Positions 27,206 to 36,137 of a stretch of DNA of 44,006 bases are shown piece after piece. Location of the stretch: assembly GCA_964580365.1 (NCBI GenBank), contig CAZOLL010000002.1:1-44006 (forward strand). The letters are read 5' to 3'. Numbering within the stretch: the stretch's first letter is position 1; each line of letters begins with the position of its first letter. The notes under the pieces are model-generated. The model searched no databases and had not been told where the DNA came from. It saw nothing but the letters and a program-made list of their open reading frames with translations. The position numbers and the translations under genes were made by a program. This stretch comes from an uncultured Phycisphaeraceae bacterium (GTDB taxonomy: Bacteria; Planctomycetota; B15-G4; JADJEK01).

Positions 27206-27373
27206 ATGTCCTTCCGAGCGCTGTCGGTTTCCGCCGCCATCCTCCTGTTCGTGAGCGGCGCGTCTTCCGCCGCGACGACTACCGTCTCGAAGGGCCGCGC
27301 GATCCCGACGGTCCAGAGCAACACGAGCAGCGACGGCACGGGCAACGCTCCGGTGACGCCCGAGGTCGACTGA
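27206..27373 (+). CDS. 55-aa secreted mini-paralogue of the beta-helix protein (signal peptide, 16-aa N-cap fragment and C-terminal tail)
   Basis: MSFRALSVSAAILLFVSGASSA, then ATTTVSKGRAIPTVQ, then SNTSSDGTGNAPVTPEVD. GGAG lies 9 nt upstream. An alternative ATG exists at 27167. Confidence 0.5.
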   Translation: MSFRALSVSAAILLFVSGASSAATTTVSKGRAIPTVQSNTSSDGTGNAPVTPEVD

Positions 27374-27398
27374 CGACTCGATCACGGCGCACGTCGCG

Positions 27399-28232
27399 AT
27401 GGAGCTCGACCGCTGCCCGATCTGTGCGAACCTGCTGCGCGCGGGCGCCTGCAGCCGCTGCGCAGGGACGATCGCGCGGCCGCAGCTGCTCGCGCCCAAG
27501 AGAGGCGGCGCGGCCAGCGAGCTCTTCGCGGGCACGCGCATCGCGTTTCGCTCGATCTATCTCACGCTGACGCGACCGAGTCTTTTCGCGCTCGCCGCGC
27601 TGCCGCTCGCCCTGAGCGCGATCGCGTTCGTCGTGATGGTGTGGCTCGTGTGGACGCATCGCGAGTCGTTCCGCCCCGACTTCGCGAGCGAGTGGCACTG
27701 GAGCGTCGACTGGCTGCGCGCGACGATCGGATTCGTCGCCGAGTTCGCGTTCGTCCTGGTCGCGATCGGCGTCTCGCTGCTTGCCACGCTCGTGATCCAG
27801 ACCGTCCTGAACGCGCCCTTCAACGAGTGGATCTCGGAAGCCGCGGAGTCGCTCGTGCTCGGCGAGAAGGACAAGACGCCTCTCTCGTTCCACAAGGTCT
27901 GGCACACGTGGATCGTCCCGCTCGCGCAGGCGGCGGTGCTTGCGGTGATCCAGGCCCTACTCTCGATCGCGCTGCTCGTCGCGTCGTTCACCGGCGTGCT
28001 CGCGCCGCTCGTGTTCGTCGCGAGTGTCTGGCTGACGGCGATCACGCTGGTCGACGTCGCGATCGCGCGTAAGCGGCTCCCCGTCGCGGAGCGCTTCGCG
28101 ATCGTGAGGCGTGATTTCGCGCTGTGGTTCGGCGTCGCGTGGCCGTTCGCGTTCGTTCCGTTCCTCCTGCCGCTCGGCGTCGCGGGCGCGACGTTCGCCG
28201 AGATGCGTGGACGCGTCGCCCCGGCGCGTTAG
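27399..28232 (+). CDS. EI24/CysZ-like (DUF540) polytopic membrane protein with an N-terminal CxxC...CxxC zinc ribbon
   Basis: CPICANLLRAGACSRCAG is followed by 4-5 long TM segments with spacing like CysZ/EI24 proteins. It starts 25 nt after the mini-ORF stop. The family call comes from overall pattern only. Confidence 0.5.
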   Translation: MELDRCPICANLLRAGACSRCAGTIARPQLLAPKRGGAASELFAGTRIAFRSIYLTLTRPSLFALAALPLALSAIAFVVMVWLVWTHRESFRPDFASEWHWSVDWLRATIGFVAEFAFVLVAIGVSLLATLVIQTVLNAPFNEWISEAAESLVLGEKDKTPLSFHKVWHTWIVPLAQAAVLAVIQALLSIALLVASFTGVLAPLVFVASVWLTAITLVDVAIARKRLPVAERFAIVRRDFALWFGVAWPFAFVPFLLPLGVAGATFAEMRGRVAPAR

Positions 28233-28858
28233 CCGTTGTGCAGAACCACGTCGGCCGCCTCGCGCGGTCGATCACGCGCGATGTGCAGTTCCTGCGCGGG
28301 GTAGTAGAGCGAGCGGTACGCCGCGCGGGTCGCTTCCGGAGGCAGCCCTTCTTGTGCACGCGTGACGGCGCGCGCGAGCCCGACGTCGAACGGGCACTCG
28401 ATCCAGATCGAGAGGTCGAACCGCGCGCGCAGCTCGCGCTTCAAGAGGAAGATCCCCTCGATCAAGACGACGTCACGGTTGCCGTGCGTCGCGACCTGAC
28501 GGAACAGTCCGTCGAAGTCGAACGCTTCCGCGACGAAGCGCTCCGGCGTCACCGGCGGGTCGAGCGCGTTCGACGGGAATCGCTGCCAATCGTCGACATG
28601 GAGCAGAGCGACTCGGAGGCTCCGCGCCTCGAGCTCGCGGCGGAGCTGCTCCGAGACGAACCCCTTGCCGGAGGCGTCGATACCCGAAACGGCGCACTCG
28701 ATCGCACGCGAAGGCGGCACGCGGCGGCGCACCGCGACGATCGCGTCGACGACGGAGCAGAAGGCGGCGGAGTCCACGACGGGATTTCGATGCGCCGGAA
28801 CCTCGAAGCGTTTCGCATCGAGACCGCGCGCCTGGACGATCCCAGGCCGATGGGGCAT
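28229..28858 (-). CDS. uridine kinase / phosphoribulokinase-family P-loop kinase
   Basis: I prefer the ATG at 28858 (MPHRPGIV). P-loop-like VSGIDASGKGF. VVLIEGIFLLKRELRARFDLSIWIECPFDVGLARAVTR matches the PRK/Udk core. The Walker A motif ends GKG rather than GKS/T. Confidence 0.6.
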   Translation of the reverse strand: MPHRPGIVQARGLDAKRFEVPAHRNPVVDSAAFCSVVDAIVAVRRRVPPSRAIECAVSGIDASGKGFVSEQLRRELEARSLRVALLHVDDWQRFPSNALDPPVTPERFVAEAFDFDGLFRQVATHGNRDVVLIEGIFLLKRELRARFDLSIWIECPFDVGLARAVTRAQEGLPPEATRAAYRSLYYPAQELHIARDRPREAADVVLHNG

Positions 28859-28901
28859 GGTTGCACCCCTCGCGATCCGCCCCACGCTTTCGGAGGTCCG
28901 C

Positions 28902-29336
28902 ATGACCGTTTCCAGCGTCCGCTCCGTGCTCGTCGCCGTGTCCGTCGCGCTCGCACTCGCCCTTGGGCACGATCTGTTCGCGTCACTTCCGACCGTGAAG
29001 GGAAAGGGTCGGCTCGCGTCCACCTTCGAGAAGGCCGTCGCGCTCGGCTCTCCGGCATTCGAGACGCTCTACACCGTGCCGGCAAACCGCACGCTCGTCC
29101 TCACCGACGTCGTCGTCGGTAACACCGCCGCGTCGACGTTCTGCCAGTTCGGCCTCGTGCGGGTCGGGCCCCCGGACGATGCGGAGGTGCTCGCGACGAT
29201 CCGCGTGCCGGTGAACGAGACGTTCGACCACCTCTTCGGTAGCGGCATCGAATTCGGGGCGGGCGCGCAAGTCATCGCGGTCGTCACGAGCGGGAGCGCG
29301 GGCCTGACGCTGCGCGGCTACCTGCGGAAGAACTGA
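28902..29336 (+). CDS. small secreted hypothetical protein (144 aa)
   Basis: GGAGG lies 6-10 nt upstream of the ATG at 28902. Signal-peptide-like MTVSSVRSVLVAVSVALALALG. The remainder is beta-rich. No family recognised. Confidence 0.5.
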   Translation: MTVSSVRSVLVAVSVALALALGHDLFASLPTVKGKGRLASTFEKAVALGSPAFETLYTVPANRTLVLTDVVVGNTAASTFCQFGLVRVGPPDDAEVLATIRVPVNETFDHLFGSGIEFGAGAQVIAVVTSGSAGLTLRGYLRKN

Positions 29337-29378
29337 CCGGCGGAGCGGCGGCGCCCGCGTCGCTACGATCCGGCCCCG

Positions 29379-31212
<1,834 letters not shown>

Positions 31213-31232
<20 letters not shown>

Positions 31233-32154
31233 GAAGGCGGAAGCGAAGAGCCGCGGCCTCGAGCCGAAGGACCTCGCCGACGGCGCGGTCCCGGCGCGCA
31301 TCGACGAGCTGTCGCGCCACGTGGAGGACGACGGCGGCGTCGTGCTTTCGCGGTTCAAGGACCCGCTCGGTGGCAACTGGCAACTGCTCGTCGCGCTTCC
31401 GATCGACGCCGTGCAGCCGACGCCCTATCAGCGCGACCTCTCCGAAGCGCACGTGAAGAACCTCACGAACCGCATCGACCAGCTCGGCCGCTTCCTCGAC
31501 CCGGTGATCTGCTACCGCAAGGGCAATGGCGAGTACTGGACGCCGAACGGCAACCATCGCCGCGCGTCGCTGCTCGCGCTCGGCGCGAAGACGATCACGG
31601 CACTGCTCCTCCCCGACGAGGAGATCGCGTTCAAGATCCTCGCGCTCAACACGGAGAAGGCGCACAACCTCCGCGAGAAGGCGCTCGAGGTGATCCGCAT
31701 GGCGGAGTCGCTCGCCGCGATCGGCGGGCGCGCGGAGGACGAGTTCGCCATGGAGTTCGAGGAGCCGCAATTCCTCACGCTCGGTCTCTGCTACCAGCAG
31801 AACGGTCGCTTCGCGGGGAGCACGTACCAGCCGGTGCTGAAGCGTCTCGAGAAGTTCCACTCCGAGAAGCTGACCAAGACGATCGAGATGCGGAAGAAGC
31901 GCGCCGCGAAGTTGATCGAGCTCGATGAAGCCGTCTCCGCCGCCGTCGCGCAGCTGAAGGAGCGCGGGTTCCAGAGCCCGTACCTGAAGACCTTCGTCGT
32001 CGCGCGCGTGAATCCGATCCGCTTCTCGAAGGGCACGGACCACGACTTCGACGAGGTGATCGACAAGATGATCGCGGGCGCGAAGAAGTTCGACGCCTCG
32101 AAGGTGAAAAGCGATCAGCTCGCGTCGGCGTCCGGTCCGCCGGACGAAGGATGA
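31213..32154 (+). CDS. ParB/Sulfiredoxin (ParB N-terminal domain)-like protein
   Basis: The ATG at 31213 overlaps the metG 3' end by 20 nt. IDAVQPTPYQRDLSEAHVKNLTNRI...YWTPNGNHRRASLLALGAKTITALLLPD follows the ParB-N pattern (...G.HR..A....G). The C-terminal half is helical and Lys-rich. Confidence 0.6.
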
Positions 32155-32489
32155 CCGCGGCGCGCACCTACGACTGCTGCTCGTGCGGCGCGTGTTGCGT
32201 GAACCCGGATCGCAACCGCGCCGAGAACAGCGTCGACTACGTGATGATCGACGATGAAGAGAGCCGGCTGCTCTCGAAGCCGGCCCTCTCCAAGCGGCAC
32301 GTCCGCTTCGACGCGCGCGGCACGGCGTGGCTGCGGCTCGACCCGAGCGGGCGATGCACCGCGTTGGAAGGGAAGCTCGGCAAGCGCGTGAAGTGCGTCG
32401 TGTACGAGAACCGCCCGCGCGGCTGCCGCATCGTCGAGCCGGGCACACCCGAGTGCCTCGCGGCGCGCAAGGAACGCGGGATCGACTAA
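32151..32489 (+). CDS. YkgJ-family cysteine-cluster protein (CxxCxxCC, UPF0153)
   Basis: ATGA overlap with the upstream gene. CCSCGACC lies near the N-terminus, followed by C.AL, RPRGC and PEC cysteines. Confidence 0.7.
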   Translation: MTAARTYDCCSCGACCVNPDRNRAENSVDYVMIDDEESRLLSKPALSKRHVRFDARGTAWLRLDPSGRCTALEGKLGKRVKCVVYENRPRGCRIVEPGTPECLAARKERGID

Positions 32490-32492
32490 CGG

Positions 32493-35400
32493 TCAGCGCG
32501 GCACGCCGCGCGCCAGGTAGTGCGTCGCGGCGCCGACCGGATCGACCGGCCACATGCGGACCGCGCCGTCGAGCGCGCCGCTCAGCACGAACGCGCCGTC
32601 GGGGCTGAACACGGCGTCGAGGATCGCGCCGCCCGCGTGGCGGATGACAAGGTGCTGCTCGCGCCGATTCGCGTCCCAGAGACGGATCGAGCCGTCCTTC
32701 GACGCGATCAGCGCGAATCGTCCGTCGGCACGGAAGCGGACCGTCGTCGTCGAGGTCGCCGGCATCTCGGCCTGCGGCAGCGGCAGCTCGACGAGCGTGT
32801 CGACGTCGAGCAGCCACACGTAGTCGAGCGACCCGTGCGCCGCGATCACGAATCGCCCGAGCGGGTCGATGCCGATCATGCCGCGCGAGTGGGCCGCGAA
32901 CTTCTCGTCGATCACGCGCCGCCACGTTCCGTCGAGCATCCAGTACCCGAACGGGCGGTCCTCGTGCGACGAGTACAGGCGGTTCGTGAGCGGATCGAGT
33001 GCGATGTCGGACACGCCGTGGAAGGTGTTCACGCCGCCGCCACGGTCGCCGGGTGTCGGCTCGAGCAGCCGGATCAGCGCGCCTTCGTGGGTGGGCGAAA
33101 GATCGTGGATCTCCAGAGTCCGATCGCGGCCCCCGACCACGAGCCAACCGCGCGTGTCGTCGACGAGCACGACATCGGCCGCGGCGGCCTGCGCGCGGAA
33201 CGTGGTGCGAAGGGCGCCGGACTCGGCGTCGAACGTGCGCGCGACGCCGGTCTCGTCGACGCTCACGACGGAGCGGCCGTGGTCGAAGTACGCCGCGTCG
33301 ACGAGCGGCGAATCGCCGCCGCGCATCTCGACCTCGGGCCGTTCGGCGGACACGCGCCAAGTGCGGACGGTGGAGTCGTCCGCGACGGTCAGCACGCGCT
33401 CGCCAGCGGGCGCGACGCGCACTTTCCGAACCGGCATCTCGTGCCGAAACACGGCGAGTTCCGCGCCCGTTGCGCGGTCGAACACGCGCGCGGTGTGGTC
33501 GCGCGACGCAGTGAACACGCGGCCGCCATCAGCGGAGAACGCGACTTGTTCGACCGCCTCGCGGTGACCGAAGAACTCCGGCAGGTAGTCGCGGAACCCC
33601 GGCTTCCACGAGCGGAGCGAGTCCGCGTCCTCGGTCACGAGGCGGCTGCCGTCCTTGGACCAGGCGACGTGCGTGACGTTCGTCTCGGTGCGCACTCCGA
33701 CCGCGACTTCGTCCCACGTGTCGGTGGAGTAGAACCGCACGCTCTTGTCGCGGACGAACACGCCGAGTCGCGTGCCGTCCGGGCTGAACGCTCCGAAGTG
33801 CGGCGAGCGATCGTTCAGTGGATGCGTGCGGATGCGCCGGCCGGTCGCCGCATCCGAGACGATCAACCCCTCGCGACTGCCGGTGACGATCGCGTCGCCG
33901 CGCGGCGAGACCGCGATCCACCTCCCGATCTGGCCGAGCGCGATCTTCGTCCACTGCCGGCCGGGCGCCGTGTCGAAGGCCCAAGCCCAGTCGTCGAAGG
34001 CGATCACCGCGAGTCGCGCGCCGGTCTTGTCGAAGTCGAACGCCATGGCCTGATTGCCTTCGAGGTCGAGCCGGAGCGCAACGGTCGCGCGCGCGACGTC
34101 CCAGAGCCAAACCTCGAGCGAGCCTTGGACGTCTTCCCTGCCCTTCGCGCGGACCGCGAGTCGTTTCCCGTCCGGCGAAAACGCGATCTGATCGATGCGG
34201 CCCGTGTGCCGCTCCTTCGGCAGGAGCTCGACGCCGTTCTCCAGGTCGAAAAGGCGCAACAGCGCATCCGTCCCGCACACCGCGCCGAAGCGGCCGTCGT
34301 CGCTGATCTCAGCGTCGAGAACGATCGACGTCTCCGCCTCGCGTGGCGGTTCGGTCGAGGCGATCGTGCGCACGAGGTTCCAACTGGAAGTCTCGCGGAC
34401 CTCGACGTCTCCGCCGCGCCCGAACACGGCGGTCCGATCCGCGTGCTGCGCGACGGCGACGAACGGGTCGTCCATGAGCGTCGCCAGCTCGCGGCGCGTG
34501 CGGCCGGTTGCCGGATCGAGATCGACGACGCGCTTGGCGCCGACGCCGATCAAGAAGCCTCCACCGATCGGATCCGCTCGGATCGCGCCGCGAGGGTAAA
34601 AGCTCTTCTCCTCGAACGGTCGCCACCACTCTTCGCGGCACGAGTTCAGGATTTGAAGGAGGATCGTGTTCGTTTCGGCCTGCGGCTCGCGCCGCGCGGC
34701 GGCGAGCGCGCGCTCGAGCGCGACGCGCGGCGTGGCGTCGCGCGACTCGAGCGCCAGCATCGCGTCCTTCCATGCGCCGAGACGCTCGGCCTGGCTCGAC
34801 ATCCGCCCCAGCAGGATGACGAGGACGACGAGCGCCGCGCACGTCACGCCGGTGGCGATCGACCAGACCGGATGGCGCTGTCCGAAGCGAAAGGCACGCA
34901 ACATCAGCCCCGCGCGGCGCGCCTTCACCGGCTCGAATCTCTGCAGGCGCGCGAGATCGTCCGCGAAGTCGGACATCGTGCGGTAGCGCCGCTCGACGGA
35001 CTTCTCGAGCGCGGTCTCGAGGACGGCGGCGAGCTCGCGCGAGACCCACGACCGTCCGCGGCGTGGGTCTCGCACCTCGCTGTTCAGGATCGCGGCGGAC
35101 AGCTCGTGCTGCGTGGCGCCGGTGAACGGCCGTTCGAGCGTGATCGCCTCGTAGAGCGTGGCACCGAGCGACCAGACGTCGGCGCGGCGGTCGCAGCGCT
35201 GTCCGCGATGCTGCTCGGGCGCCATGTAGGCCGGCGTGCCGAGGACGTCGCCGGTCAGAGTGAGGTCGGAGTTCGCGGACTCGTCGCGCGCGAGGCCGAA
35301 GTCGAGGATCACCGGATCTCCGTCCGGCGTGATCATCAGGTTGCCGGGCTTGATGTCGCGATGGATGATCCCGGCCTCGTGCGCGGCGTGCAGGCTGCGC

Positions 35401-36101
35401 GCCACGCGCTCGAACAAGCGCAGCAGTCGGTGCCGTCGGTCGCGCTGGCTCGGCGCGCTCCCCGAGTTTCCCGCGGCGCCGCTTCGCTCGTGCGACGAGT
35501 CCGTCGCGAGATCGATCAGCTCGCCCGCGCCGTTCCCCGAGCGCGCGCTCGCGATCATGCGCGCGAGCGAGATCCCCGGGACGTACCGCATCGCGATGAA
35601 CGCGTGCTCGCCGTCCTCGCCGACCTCGTACACCGGACAGATCAGCGGGTCGTCGAGCCGCGACGCGGCGCGCGCCTCGACGAGGAATCGCGAGCGCGCC
35701 TCGCTCGACTGCAGCAGCCCCGAGCCGCGCAGCACCTTCAGCGCGACGCGACGCGGGAGCCGCGTGTCTTCCGCGAGCCAGACCACGGCCTGTCCGCCGC
35801 GTCCGATCTCGTCGATCAGCCGGTAGTGGCCGATGACCTGCGGTTCGTCGGCGTGCGCGGCCGAGCCGTCGTGGAGGCGCGCGTGCTCCCGCGCGACGAG
35901 GTTCTCGAACCCCGGGAACATCCGCTGGTACTCGTCGAGCGTCCGTTCCGCTCCGCTCGCGCGATCGCGCAGCAGAGCGCGCAACAACGCGTTCACGATC
36001 CCCGGCGCTTCGCTCGTCCCGCTCATCGAGCGCGCATCATAGATCGAAGAAAAACGCCGCCCCGCCGAGGGGACACTCGGCGGGACGGCGCCCCCGGACA
36101 T
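32493..36101 (-). CDS. Ser/Thr protein kinase with a TM segment and a large extracytoplasmic WD40/beta-propeller region
   Basis: Kinase motifs GRGGQAVVW..VALKVL, HRDIKPGNLMI, DFGLAR and GTPAYMAPE. TM segment VWSIATGVTCAALVVLVILLG. Repeated FSPDG/WSKDG WD-like blades follow (VAFSPDGKRLAV, GAFSPDGTRLGV, VAFSADGGRVFTASRDHTARVFD, AVFSPDGAFVLSGALDGAVRMW). The start may instead be the internal ATG at 36026. Confidence 0.9.
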   Translation of the reverse strand: MSGGAVPPSVPSAGRRFSSIYDARSMSGTSEAPGIVNALLRALLRDRASGAERTLDEYQRMFPGFENLVAREHARLHDGSAAHADEPQVIGHYRLIDEIGRGGQAVVWLAEDTRLPRRVALKVLRGSGLLQSSEARSRFLVEARAASRLDDPLICPVYEVGEDGEHAFIAMRYVPGISLARMIASARSGNGAGELIDLATDSSHERSGAAGNSGSAPSQRDRRHRLLRLFERVARSLHAAHEAGIIHRDIKPGNLMITPDGDPVILDFGLARDESANSDLTLTGDVLGTPAYMAPEQHRGQRCDRRADVWSLGATLYEAITLERPFTGATQHELSAAILNSEVRDPRRGRSWVSRELAAVLETALEKSVERRYRTMSDFADDLARLQRFEPVKARRAGLMLRAFRFGQRHPVWSIATGVTCAALVVLVILLGRMSSQAERLGAWKDAMLALESRDATPRVALERALAAARREPQAETNTILLQILNSCREEWWRPFEEKSFYPRGAIRADPIGGGFLIGVGAKRVVDLDPATGRTRRELATLMDDPFVAVAQHADRTAVFGRGGDVEVRETSSWNLVRTIASTEPPREAETSIVLDAEISDDGRFGAVCGTDALLRLFDLENGVELLPKERHTGRIDQIAFSPDGKRLAVRAKGREDVQGSLEVWLWDVARATVALRLDLEGNQAMAFDFDKTGARLAVIAFDDWAWAFDTAPGRQWTKIALGQIGRWIAVSPRGDAIVTGSREGLIVSDAATGRRIRTHPLNDRSPHFGAFSPDGTRLGVFVRDKSVRFYSTDTWDEVAVGVRTETNVTHVAWSKDGSRLVTEDADSLRSWKPGFRDYLPEFFGHREAVEQVAFSADGGRVFTASRDHTARVFDRATGAELAVFRHEMPVRKVRVAPAGERVLTVADDSTVRTWRVSAERPEVEMRGGDSPLVDAAYFDHGRSVVSVDETGVARTFDAESGALRTTFRAQAAAADVVLVDDTRGWLVVGGRDRTLEIHDLSPTHEGALIRLLEPTPGDRGGGVNTFHGVSDIALDPLTNRLYSSHEDRPFGYWMLDGTWRRVIDEKFAAHSRGMIGIDPLGRFVIAAHGSLDYVWLLDVDTLVELPLPQAEMPATSTTTVRFRADGRFALIASKDGSIRLWDANRREQHLVIRHAGGAILDAVFSPDGAFVLSGALDGAVRMWPVDPVGAATHYLARGVPR

Positions 36102-36137
36102 TCCGCAATCGGACTCACCCCATGCGGATCGATCGGT

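Noticed and set aside
25244-27373. The three paralogous ORFs as a mobile element, a phase-variation cassette system or a DGR target.
   Set aside because: The window contains no transposase, recombinase, invertase or reverse transcriptase. No inverted repeats flank the ORFs. The shared ends differ at many synonymous sites, so there is no template/variable repeat pair.
25490-27420. Stop-codon (TGA) read-through of the three ORFs into a hidden C-terminal sorting domain, such as PEP-CTERM.
   Set aside because: I translated past each TGA. The downstream in-frame sequence is Arg/Pro-rich, has no TM helix or basic tail, and soon hits further stops. The third is not in frame with the next gene.
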